Position numbers and translations under genes: made by a program
Notes under the pieces: model-generated
Told to the model about the DNA's origin: nothing
Databases searched by the model: none
What the model saw: only the letters and a program-made list of their open reading frames with translations
In this document: positions 53,040 through 60,849 of the stretch, one piece after another
Layout: the number at the start of each line of letters is the position of its first letter
Position numbering within the stretch: the first letter of the stretch is position 1
From: Dehalococcoidales bacterium
GTDB lineage: Bacteria; Chloroflexota; Dehalococcoidia; Dehalococcoidales; RBG-16-60-22
Reading direction: 5' to 3'
Assembly: GCA_034414775.1 (NCBI GenBank)
Contig: DAOULX010000044.1
Span: 3,150 to 67,149, forward strand
DNA length: 64,000 nucleotides

Positions 53040-53855
53040 CTACAGCAGAAGCTCTTGAATCGCCGCCGCCAACCCGTGCTCATATACATCCGTCGTTACG
53101 TGGTCGGCGATCTTTTTCACATCCTCGGCGGCGTTTCCCATGGCGATGCCCAGACCGGCCGCGGCCAGCAGTGGGATATCATTGACCCAATCGCCTACCG
53201 CTGCCGTCTGGGACGGCGGTATGCCCAGGTGAGCGGCTAGCGCCTGAAGAGCCGCCCCTTTGGTCGCCCCGCGCGCCAGAGCGATGACGAAAGTGACATC
53301 GGGATAGGAAGGTAACTTGGCTCGGCCTATTTGTAGGCGGTCGGTGAAATTGTTGAAGAAACTGTTGGTTCTTGCCTCCTCTTCAGGGCCGACGGCTACT
53401 AGTTCTGCCTGGACTATCCCCTCGCGGTCACAGATGCCGGAAAGGTCGGCGACGGTATGCTCGGCGTCGAAGAAACGGTGCTTGAACTCGGGTAAAACGA
53501 CATCGATGTTTGAGAATGTGCGTACGCCCGAAGAAAGCTCCAGGTAGATACCGAGTTCGCTGGCAAGGGATACCATCTCATCAACCAGCGGTGCATCAAT
53601 GTACCTGGCCAGGACATGCTCAGCGGTGTGCGGGCAGCTTACCAGGGCGCCGTCATAAAAGATATGATGGCCGTCGAGAGAGAGTTCCTCGATGTAGCTC
53701 AGGCTCGACCGGACCGACCGTCCGGTGGCCAGGCATACTTTAATGCCGGCTTCCAAGGCCAGGGCCAGGGCATCCTTGTTTTCGGGCGAAATGTGACCGT
53801 CGCGACCCACCAGTGTCCCGTCGACATCTATCGCCAGCAGTTTGCAGTTCTTCAA
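53040..53855 (-). CDS. Cof-type HAD-IIB phosphatase
   Basis: LLAIDVDGTL, ATGR and VGDWVNDIPL motifs. TTG start sits 7 nt after the upstream stop. Confidence 0.85.
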   Translation of the reverse strand: MKNCKLLAIDVDGTLVGRDGHISPENKDALALALEAGIKVCLATGRSVRSSLSYIEELSLDGHHIFYDGALVSCPHTAEHVLARYIDAPLVDEMVSLASELGIYLELSSGVRTFSNIDVVLPEFKHRFFDAEHTVADLSGICDREGIVQAELVAVGPEEEARTNSFFNNFTDRLQIGRAKLPSYPDVTFVIALARGATKGAALQALAAHLGIPPSQTAAVGDWVNDIPLLAAAGLGIAMGNAAEDVKKIADHVTTDVYEHGLAAAIQELLL

Positions 53856-53862
53856 GTCGGTT

Positions 53863-54585
53863 TCACTTCTCCAGGTAGCCCCGCAGGGTCAACGCGTTCT
53901 TTACGGCATAGCCGGAAACGTCGTTGTTGAAGTAGATGTAAACAGTATCCAGCCCTTCGGCCAGCCGCGTGATTTTGTTGGCCCATTCTGCCAATGCCTC
54001 ATCCGGGTAGGAGCTGTAGTAGAGGCCCTCGCTGCCGTGAAACCGGATATAGGCAAAGTTCGCTGTGGCCAGCAGGGGACACTTCAGCTTGGGCATGTCG
54101 AAAACGCAGAATCCGGTGCCGTGCCGGCGTAAAATATCAAAGACCTCATCCGTCAGCCACGAAGCGTGCCGGAACTCAATGACATGACGGCCGGTGGGCA
54201 ATATTTCCAGGAAATCCCCCAGCCTGGAATCATCGCGTTGAAAGCTGGCGGGGAGCTGGTAGAGCACCGGGCCCAGCTTGTCCTTCAGCAGGGCTGCTCT
54301 TGACATAAAGGTGTTCAGTGGCTCTTCGCAGTCCTTCAGCCGCTTAATGTGGGTAATAAACCGGCTTGCCTTGACGGCAAAGGTGAAGTTATCCGGTGTG
54401 TCCCCGTCCCACTTCTGGAAGGCCGACTCCTTGGGGAGGCGGTAGAAGCTGTTGTTCAGCTCCACGGTGGGGAAGCGGGTGGCATAGAAGGTCAGCCATT
54501 CCTTTTTCGGCAGCTTCTCCGGGTAAAAGACGCCCCGCCAGTCGTCATAATGCCAGCCGGACGTGCCGATGAAATAGCGTGCCAT
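53863..54585 (-). CDS. DUF72 domain protein
   Basis: MARYFIGTSGWHYDDWRGVFYP...VELNNSFYRLP. ATG is at 54585. Confidence 0.85.
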   Translation of the reverse strand: MARYFIGTSGWHYDDWRGVFYPEKLPKKEWLTFYATRFPTVELNNSFYRLPKESAFQKWDGDTPDNFTFAVKASRFITHIKRLKDCEEPLNTFMSRAALLKDKLGPVLYQLPASFQRDDSRLGDFLEILPTGRHVIEFRHASWLTDEVFDILRRHGTGFCVFDMPKLKCPLLATANFAYIRFHGSEGLYYSSYPDEALAEWANKITRLAEGLDTVYIYFNNDVSGYAVKNALTLRGYLEK

Positions 54586-54675
54586 ATGATTATAGTTTAC
54601 AGTATACAGTCTACTGTTTACAGTTGTTTCAGTCCGGGCGGGCGGGCATTCACACATTCCCGGCTTTGGGAAACC

Positions 54676-54798
54676 GTCATTCCCGCGAAAGCGGGAATCC
54701 AGGATCCTGGTCTCTCTACGTTCCTTGAGAATCCATACCCATAACCCCCTTCCCTCAGGGAAGGGGGAATAAATTTTTAGAGGGGCGCCAGCCCCTCT
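54676..54798. repeat. Mosaic of hairpin repeat modules (H1 inverted, H3, H2)
   Basis: GTCATTCCCGCGAAAGCGGGAATCCAGG at 54676-54703. CCCCCTTCCCTCAGGGAAGGGGG at 54745-54767. AGAGGGGCGCCAGCCCCTCT at 54779-54798. H2 and H3 are identical to the 34.4-kb copies, but in swapped order. Confidence 0.8.
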
Positions 54799-54861
54799 AT
54801 ACTGTGACTCCCTTTCCCACCTCCCCCATTTAGAAAAGGGGGATTAAGAGAGATTTGAATA

Positions 54862-55689
54862 CTACTCCAACCCCTTGAGGATACTCTCGTCCATGGGGAA
54901 GCTCTGGGCGGCGGTGGGGAACTCGCCGGACTTCACTTCATTGAAGTACTGTGCCACGGCGCCGGCCGCGACCTCGGCCACCTTGGCATACTGCTTGGCG
55001 TGCTTGGGAACGAAGTCCGTGAACGAGCCGAGGACATCATTAATAACCTGCACCTGCCCGTCGCAGCCGGCCCCGGCACCGATGCCAATGGTCGGGATGC
55101 TTGTTTTCTGCGTAATCAATGTAGCCAGTGGTGCCGGGATGGTCTCCATGACGATGGCGAAGGCCCCGGCTTCTTCCAGAGCTATGGCGTCCTCCAGGAG
55201 TCGGGTGGCGGTTTCGGGTGTCTTGCCCTGTATCTTGTGTCCGCCAAAAACGTTGATGGACTGAGGCGTCAGCCCGATATGGCCCATGACCGGGATGCCG
55301 CAGTCAATGACCCTTTTTACCTTATCGGCGACCGTCACCCCGCCCTCCAGCTTGACGGCCTGACAGCCGGCCTCCTGGATGAAACGGGCGGCGTTCCTTA
55401 TGGCGTCCTCGGTGCTGACGTGATAGGTCATGAAGGGCATGTCCCCGACGACCAGAGCTTTTTTAGCACCCCGTACCACCGCTTTGGCGTGATGCAGCAT
55501 GACCTCGAGCGTCACCGGGATGGTCGATTCGTAACCGAGGACCACCATTCCCAGGCTGTCCCCCACCAGGATGAGGGGAATACCGGCTTCATCGATGATT
55601 TTGGCCGTGGTGTAATCATAGGCAGTCAACACGGCGATTTTCTCGCCCTTTTGCTTCATCTCTCTGATCTGATTGACCGTAACGCGCAT
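54862..55689 (-). CDS. panB: 3-methyl-2-oxobutanoate hydroxymethyltransferase
   Basis: LTAYDY, LVGDSLGMV, KLEGG motifs. 275 aa. Confidence 0.95.
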   Translation of the reverse strand: MRVTVNQIREMKQKGEKIAVLTAYDYTTAKIIDEAGIPLILVGDSLGMVVLGYESTIPVTLEVMLHHAKAVVRGAKKALVVGDMPFMTYHVSTEDAIRNAARFIQEAGCQAVKLEGGVTVADKVKRVIDCGIPVMGHIGLTPQSINVFGGHKIQGKTPETATRLLEDAIALEEAGAFAIVMETIPAPLATLITQKTSIPTIGIGAGAGCDGQVQVINDVLGSFTDFVPKHAKQYAKVAEVAAGAVAQYFNEVKSGEFPTAAQSFPMDESILKGLE

Positions 55690-55698
55690 GGTTTCACC

Positions 55699-56070
55699 TC
55701 AGGCAAAGACTGTTTCGTCCAGCTTGGTGACGATCTGATTTTTGTCATTCACATGTATTATCTTGGGACGGTAGCCCCGGAGCTGTTCTTCCGGGACTTG
55801 GCTATAGGTTAAAATAATAACAAGGTCCCCTTTAACGGCCAGCCGGGCGGCCGCCCCGTTAAGACATATCTCGCCGCTGCCCTTTTCCCCCTCGATGGCG
55901 TAGGTGGTGAAACGGGCGCCGTTATTGATGTTGAGCACGTGCACCTGCTCGTAGGGAATAATATCGGCGGCCTCCATCAACCCGCGGTCAATGGCGATAC
56001 TGCCTTCGTAGTCGATGTTGGCATCAGTAACGGTGGCACGGTGGATCTTGCTTTTCAACATGCTTCTCAT
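55699..56070 (-). CDS. panD: Aspartate 1-decarboxylase
   Basis: [22 protein letters not shown] (self-processing G-S site) ... NGAAARL. Confidence 0.95.
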   Translation of the reverse strand: MRSMLKSKIHRATVTDANIDYEGSIAIDRGLMEAADIIPYEQVHVLNINNGARFTTYAIEGEKGSGEICLNGAAARLAVKGDLVIILTYSQVPEEQLRGYRPKIIHVNDKNQIVTKLDETVFA

Positions 56071-56092
56071 TAAGTTACTCCCTCGACGTTTT

Positions 56093-56959
56093 TCATCGGC
56101 TGGTTTTTAAATCCATGTTCAGTTCTACGGCCTTCTCTAGGCCAATCTTCCCTTTCGCCAATGCGATGGGGACAGTCTGCAAGCCGAGCTCCTTGTAGGG
56201 AAAGAGGAGCTCCGGGGCCTTTTCTTGTAAAGCCTTGAGGTGTTTATCGATGGTTCCGGCATCGCCGCGGGCAATGGGTCCGGTAAGGCAGTCCGGAATG
56301 CCGATAGTCTCGATATTGTGGAGGGTACCGCGAATAAGAGGTAGAAGGGCTGGAATTGACCGGTCGGTGGGGATGGAGAATGTCTTCCAGAGGTCGGTGG
56401 CCATTTTTACCAGGGTAACGAGGTAGTTGCTGGCGAAGACAGCGGCGGCGTGATAAAGGACTTTATCACCGGCCTCCAGCTTGATCGAACGACCGCCCAG
56501 GGCCCCGGCTATATCCCGGAGGGTGGTCAGGAGCGGCTCCTCGGCCTCGATGGCAAAGGTCGAACCGGGGATATTTTCCAGCGCCCTTTCGACGCTGGCG
56601 AAGGTCTGGAGGGGGTGGAAGCCGCCTACCATAGCCCCGGCCTGGCGGGCCGGCTCCAGAATGTCCGTGGAATCGGCGCCACTGCAATGCACCACGCTGC
56701 TTCCCGGCCGCCACCTGGCCTGAGAGACTACTTCCTGTATGACGCCATCCGGGGTGGTAATGAAAACAAGTTCCGCAGTGTCCGGCACTTCCTGCATATC
56801 AGCAGCGACGCGACAACCACCGACCGCCCCGGCCAGTTTCTCGGCGGAGGCCCGGCTGCGGCTGTAAACGATGTCTACCGGATAACCCTTTCCAGCCAGT
56901 AGAAGCGCCAGGGCCGTCCCCACCGTCCCCGCCCCGATGAATCCGATTGTGAGCATCAT
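56093..56959 (-). CDS. Rossmann-fold DUF2520-type oxidoreductase (candidate ketopantoate reductase, PanG-like)
   Basis: [14 protein letters not shown] dinucleotide-binding motif and a C-terminal DUF2520-like domain. It is the first gene of the panD-panB operon. ATG is at 56959 or 56956. Confidence 0.65.
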   Translation of the reverse strand: MMLTIGFIGAGTVGTALALLLAGKGYPVDIVYSRSRASAEKLAGAVGGCRVAADMQEVPDTAELVFITTPDGVIQEVVSQARWRPGSSVVHCSGADSTDILEPARQAGAMVGGFHPLQTFASVERALENIPGSTFAIEAEEPLLTTLRDIAGALGGRSIKLEAGDKVLYHAAAVFASNYLVTLVKMATDLWKTFSIPTDRSIPALLPLIRGTLHNIETIGIPDCLTGPIARGDAGTIDKHLKALQEKAPELLFPYKELGLQTVPIALAKGKIGLEKAVELNMDLKTSR

Positions 56960-57100
56960 CCCCCTTAAATAAAAAACCCTCACGGTTTATCCCGAGAGGG
57001 CACACACTTATCCATCCTGTTGCCGTCTCGGTCGTTTCCGATCCAAGCGACTTATTATGTTAAGGTTTTGAGCTCGTACTCACCGCCTTACGGTCGATGG
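56960..57100 (-). promoter_or_regulatory. Structured 5' leader of the pan operon (candidate pan RNA motif / attenuator)
   Basis: About 140-nt leader between the predicted -10 and the ATG. It holds two CGACCG-containing hairpins, a terminator, and a CCGAGA segment complementary to the terminator 5' arm. Confidence 0.4.
56967..57000 (-). terminator. Intrinsic terminator-like hairpin immediately upstream of the pan operon SD
   Basis: The minus strand reads CCCTCTCGG GATAAA CCGTGAGGG TTTTTTATTT, then AAGGGGG ATG. Confidence 0.6.
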
Positions 57101-57107
57101 CACTTTT

Positions 57108-57136
57108 ATACTAGCACGTTTCAGCTAGCCTGTCAA
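57108..57136 (-). promoter_or_regulatory. pan operon promoter (TTGACA-17-TGcTAGTAT)
   Basis: Minus-strand TTGACA (57131-57136) and TAGTAT (57108-57113) with an upstream TG. Confidence 0.5.
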
Positions 57137-57156
57137 CGTCTCCGGCAGTTCGGTAA

Positions 57157-57186
57157 TTGTCCCCCTGCACGTCAAGGTGCTATAAT
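57157..57186 (+). promoter_or_regulatory. hisA-hisI-panC promoter (TTGTCC-18-TGcTATAAT)
   Basis: TTGTCC 57157-57162 and TATAAT 57181-57186 with an extended TG. Sits back-to-back with the pan promoter. Confidence 0.5.
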
Positions 57187-57218
57187 TTCTCGTATCCGGT
57201 CAAGAAAAGGGGCGGCAG

Positions 57219-57938
57219 ATAGAGATAATTCCGGCCATAGACCTGAGAGGCGGCAGGTGCGTACGCCTTTACCAGGGCGACTATAACCAGGAGACGGTCT
57301 TTTCCGACGATCCGCTGGATATCGCCCTGAAATGGCAGTCATCGGGGGCGCCCCGTCTGCACATCGTCGACCTTGACGGGGCCGCCAGCGGAGAGATAAA
57401 AAACGTGGAAATTATCCGGGATATCGCCAGGGCGATGTTGATACCCGTCCAGGTAGGCGGGGGCATCCGCAACCTCGAGACCATCGAGGCGCTTCTGAAA
57501 GCGGGGGTCGAGCGAGTCATACTGGGCACGGCGGCCGTGGAGGACCCGGACCTGGTGACCGACGCCTGCCGCCGCTTCCGGGACGTGATAATCGCCGGCA
57601 TCGATGCGCGTGACGGCGTCGTCGCCACACGCGGCTGGATGAAGGACACCGGGCAGACGGCTGCCGGGCTGGCCAGCGCCATGGCAAGGGCGGGTGTCCG
57701 CCGTCTGATCTACACTGATATCTCGCGGGACGGCACACTGACCGAGCCGAACTTCTCGGCGATAGCGGCACTAATCGATGCCGTCCAGTTGCCGGTCATC
57801 GCTGCGGGCGGCGTTACCTCGATAAACCATCTCAGGATGCTGAACAAGCTGGGCGCCGAAGGCGCTATCGTCGGCAAGGCGCTATATACCGGAGGCATTA
57901 AACTGAAGCAGGCCCTGGCCGAAATCGCCCGGATGTAA
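57219..57938 (+). CDS. hisA: 1-(5-phosphoribosyl)-5-[(5-phosphoribosylamino)methylideneamino]imidazole-4-carboxamide isomerase (apparent ATA start)
   Basis: (I/M)EIIPAIDLRGGRCVRLYQGDY ... HIVDLDGA ... VQVGGGIR ... IYTDISRDGT ... AAGGV. The frame is open from 57186 with no ATG/GTG/TTG before GTG 57405. ATA 57219 follows AAGGGG plus 6 nt. Confidence 0.85.
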   Translation: MEIIPAIDLRGGRCVRLYQGDYNQETVFSDDPLDIALKWQSSGAPRLHIVDLDGAASGEIKNVEIIRDIARAMLIPVQVGGGIRNLETIEALLKAGVERVILGTAAVEDPDLVTDACRRFRDVIIAGIDARDGVVATRGWMKDTGQTAAGLASAMARAGVRRLIYTDISRDGTLTEPNFSAIAALIDAVQLPVIAAGGVTSINHLRMLNKLGAEGAIVGKALYTGGIKLKQALAEIARM

Positions 57939-57957
57939 GTGAGGAAGGTGAACACGA

Positions 57958-58290
57958 TTGAGCAATCTGAAATTCAATGATAATGGACTCATACCGGCCG
58001 TTGTCCAGGACGACGCGACCGGTGAGGTGCTGATGCTGGGCTATATGAACCAGGAGTCTATCCGGCGCACCCTGGATAGCGGCGAGGTCTGGTTCTTCAG
58101 CCGCAGCCGTCAGGCACTCTGGCACAAGGGGGAGACGTCCGGCAACAAGATACTGGTACGCTCCCTGTGGCTGGACTGCGACAGCGATACCATCTTGGTC
58201 AAGGCCCACCCGACCGGTCCCGTTTGCCACACCGGCCGCCCGAGCTGCTTCTTCCAGGAGCTGACCGAAGTCGACCCGGGGGATGGATAG
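57958..58290 (+). CDS. hisI: Phosphoribosyl-AMP cyclohydrolase
   Basis: GLIPAVVQD...MLGYMN...[17 protein letters not shown]...DCD.D..L. TTG start. Confidence 0.9.
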   Translation: MSNLKFNDNGLIPAVVQDDATGEVLMLGYMNQESIRRTLDSGEVWFFSRSRQALWHKGETSGNKILVRSLWLDCDSDTILVKAHPTGPVCHTGRPSCFFQELTEVDPGDG

Positions 58291-58295
58291 GCACG

Positions 58296-59126
58296 ATGGA
58301 AGTTGCGGCCACGCTCGCCGCGATGCGGGAGGCCCGCCGAAAGCTTGCCGGTCCGGTAGGTCTCGTGCCGACGATGGGCTATCTCCACGAAGGCCACCTG
58401 TCCCTGGTCAGGCGCGCCCGGAAGGAGAATGCCTCGGTCGTGATCAGCATCTTCGTCAATCCTACTCAGTTCGGTCCCGGTGAGGACTTTAGGAGTTATC
58501 CCCGGGATACTGAACACGACCTGACCATGCTGGAACCGTTCACGGATGTGGTGTTCATGCCGGCGCCGGAGGAGATGTACCCCACGGGCTACGATACATG
58601 GGTGGATGTTGAGGATATCACGGACCGCCTGGAAGGGGCCTCGCGGCCGGGGCATTTCCGCGGCGTGGCCACGGTCTGCACCAAGCTCTTCAACATAGTG
58701 CAGCCGGACCGGGCCTACTTTGCCCGGAAAGACGCCCAGCAACTCCTGGTGATTGAAAAAATGGTCTCCGAACTTAATATGCCATTGGAAATCGTCACCT
58801 GCGAGACGGTACGTGAGCCGGACGGCCTGGCGATGAGCAGTCGCAACACCTATCTGAATGAAGCGGAGCGCCGGGCGGCGACCGTCCTCTACCGGGCACT
58901 GACGCTGGCGCGGGAGCGGTGGGGGGCGGGGGAACGAGACGCCGGCAAAATCCGCCATGAAATAACTGAACTCATAAAAGGAGAGCCCCTGGCGGATATC
59001 GACTATGTCAGCATCGCCGACGCGGCCACTTTGCAAGAGCTGGAAAAAATGGAGCGTCCGGCACTGGTATCATTAGCGGTGAGGATAGGTAAAACAAGGC
59101 TGATTGATAATATTGGGCTGGAGTAA
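58296..59126 (+). CDS. panC: Pantoate--beta-alanine ligase
   Basis: VPTMGYLHEGHLSLV, SIFVNPTQFG, GHFRGVATV motifs. ATG is at 58296. Confidence 0.95.
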   Translation: MEVAATLAAMREARRKLAGPVGLVPTMGYLHEGHLSLVRRARKENASVVISIFVNPTQFGPGEDFRSYPRDTEHDLTMLEPFTDVVFMPAPEEMYPTGYDTWVDVEDITDRLEGASRPGHFRGVATVCTKLFNIVQPDRAYFARKDAQQLLVIEKMVSELNMPLEIVTCETVREPDGLAMSSRNTYLNEAERRAATVLYRALTLARERWGAGERDAGKIRHEITELIKGEPLADIDYVSIADAATLQELEKMERPALVSLAVRIGKTRLIDNIGLE

Positions 59127-59176
59127 GCGGAGACTCACTTTATGCTTGGGAAGGAAACCATGGTAACCCGAGGAAT

Positions 59177-59974
59177 ATGACAGATAAGGAAAAAACACCA
59201 AATAATATCGAATCCGTCTCCGCGTTGAAAATCAACGATTCGGGAAGCAGCCGGGAGTCCCTCCAGGTTGCCCGTGAATTAATGCTCACCATTTACCTGA
59301 ACGACAAGGAACTGGTGACCATTATGTGCTCCCCGGAAAACCTGAAAGAACTGACCGTCGGCTTTCTTTTCTCAGAGGGACTCATCAAGTCGAAGGAGGA
59401 TATTAAAAAGCTGGAGGTCGATGAGTGGATGGGTACGGCCCGCGTGATGGTGTCTCATGATGCCGCCGCGGACAGCCGGTTTTTCGCCAAACGCCTTTTA
59501 GCCTCCGGTTGCGGTGGCTCGGCAACTTTTTACGATGTCTCGGACGCGGCAACCCAAAAGGTCGAGTCCGGGCTTAAAGTACCCTCCGCAGCAGTGATAA
59601 GCCTGGTGCATGTCTTTCAGCACCAATCGGTGCTTTACCGCGCCACTCACGGCGTACACAGCGCCGCGTTGTGCCAGGGCGACCAGATCATCGTCTTTTT
59701 CGAGGATATCGGCCGGCACAATGCCGTTGATAAGATTTTCGGCCGCTGCCTGCTGGACAATATCCCCACCAAGGATAGGATTCTAGTCACCAGCGGGCGG
59801 GTATCATCCGAGATACTGCAAAAGATCGCCAGGCGGGGCATTCCCGTTATCGTATCGATATCGGCACCGACAGACCTCGGATTGAAGATAGCCGATAAGC
59901 TGGGCATCACGCTCATCGGATTGGTGCGCGGCGGGAAGATGAACGTTTACACTCATGAAAAACGGGTTGTCTGA
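59177..59974 (+). CDS. fdhD: Formate dehydrogenase accessory sulfurtransferase FdhD
   Basis: LASGCGG, HSAAL and EDIGRHNAVDK motifs. Confidence 0.9.
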   Translation: MTDKEKTPNNIESVSALKINDSGSSRESLQVARELMLTIYLNDKELVTIMCSPENLKELTVGFLFSEGLIKSKEDIKKLEVDEWMGTARVMVSHDAAADSRFFAKRLLASGCGGSATFYDVSDAATQKVESGLKVPSAAVISLVHVFQHQSVLYRATHGVHSAALCQGDQIIVFFEDIGRHNAVDKIFGRCLLDNIPTKDRILVTSGRVSSEILQKIARRGIPVIVSISAPTDLGLKIADKLGITLIGLVRGGKMNVYTHEKRVV

Positions 59975-60025
59975 GGATGGGGACAGGGGCTGAGTGGTAA
60001 TATGGAGATGGCGCCGGTATTTACC

Positions 60026-60055
60026 TTGACTGTATCCGTGAATCTCCAGTAAAAT
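60026..60055 (+). promoter_or_regulatory. tRNA-Phe promoter (TTGACT-18-TAAAAT)
   Basis: TTGACT 60026-60031 and TAAAAT 60050-60055. The tRNA 5' end is 10 nt downstream. Confidence 0.55.
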
Positions 60056-60065
60056 ATACCTGTCC

Positions 60066-60141
<76 letters not shown>

Positions 60142-60164
60142 CCTAAAATAGACAAAAAAGACTA

Positions 60165-60193
60165 TTGCCTGCGGATAGTATCGGTGGTAAAAT
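60165..60193 (+). promoter_or_regulatory. tRNA-Gly promoter (TTGCCT-17-TAAAAT)
   Basis: TTGCCT 60165-60170 and TAAAAT 60188-60193. The -10 context GTAAAATAT(A)CCTG is shared with the tRNA-Phe promoter. Confidence 0.5.
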
Positions 60194-60209
60194 ATCCTGC
60201 AGGCACCGA

Positions 60210-60285
60210 GCGGAAGTAGTTCAGTGGCTAGAACGCCTCCTTGCCAAGGAGGAGGTCGCGAGTTCGAATCTCGTCTTCCGCTCCA
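60210..60285 (+). tRNA. tRNA-Gly (GCC), CCA encoded
   Basis: Acceptor GCGGAAG/CTTCCGC, D GTTC/GAAC, anticodon stem CCTCC/GGAGG, loop TTGCCAA, T arm GCGAG TTCGAAT CTCGT. Confidence 0.95.
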
Positions 60286-60297
60286 TTTTTATGCCTG

Positions 60298-60849
60298 CTA
60301 CAGGGATGTGACCAGCAAGGAAACCTTGCCCTCTATTTCCGCCAGGTCCTCAGCGTTGGGACGGCCCCTGATGTCCCCCAGCCTCCCCTTGGTACTGAAC
60401 TCCTCGCGTCCATGAAACTCGCCGACTGTGTACCATTTACCCGCTATCCGGAAGCCAATGTGAGCGAAAAGCTGCCCCAGGTATTCGCCGACCGGCGTAG
60501 CCTCATCGACGCCGGTATGAGGACCGGAATACGTGACGAAGATCACCGCTGTTTTGCCGGGTATCTGCGGCGCCCCCAGCTTGATGTCGCCCCGCTCCCG
60601 GTGCAGCTTCATCTTTTGATCGACCCATTTCAGGACCGGCGGCGGTGGCAGAAACGAGTATGATGGTGCACCCAGGAACACCAGGTCATAGTCGTATAGT
60701 TCTTCCGATTCCGCTTCTTCGACCTTCTTCACCACCGGTTCGATACCGGCGGCCCTCAGGCTTTTCTTGATGGCGCCGGCCACCTTCTCGGTATTGCCGG
60801 TGGCCGACCAGTAGAGGAGCAGCGTCTTCTTGACTTCACTTTCGGTCAT
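60298..60849 (-). CDS. Flavodoxin-like fold protein
   Basis: LLLYWSATGNTEKVA FMN-phosphate-binding-type loop. Its start overlaps the upstream molybdoenzyme gene end by 14 nt. Confidence 0.7.
   Translation of the reverse strand: MTESEVKKTLLLYWSATGNTEKVAGAIKKSLRAAGIEPVVKKVEEAESEELYDYDLVFLGAPSYSFLPPPPVLKWVDQKMKLHRERGDIKLGAPQIPGKTAVIFVTYSGPHTGVDEATPVGEYLGQLFAHIGFRIAGKWYTVGEFHGREEFSTKGRLGDIRGRPNAEDLAEIEGKVSLLVTSL

Noticed and set aside
58110-59036. 308-aa ORF antisense to panC and hisI, with similar cases at 55000-55812, 40089-40964, 56450-56902 and 33332-33889
   Set aside because: All of them overlap strongly supported genes on the other strand and have Arg/Gly/Pro-biased translations without motifs.
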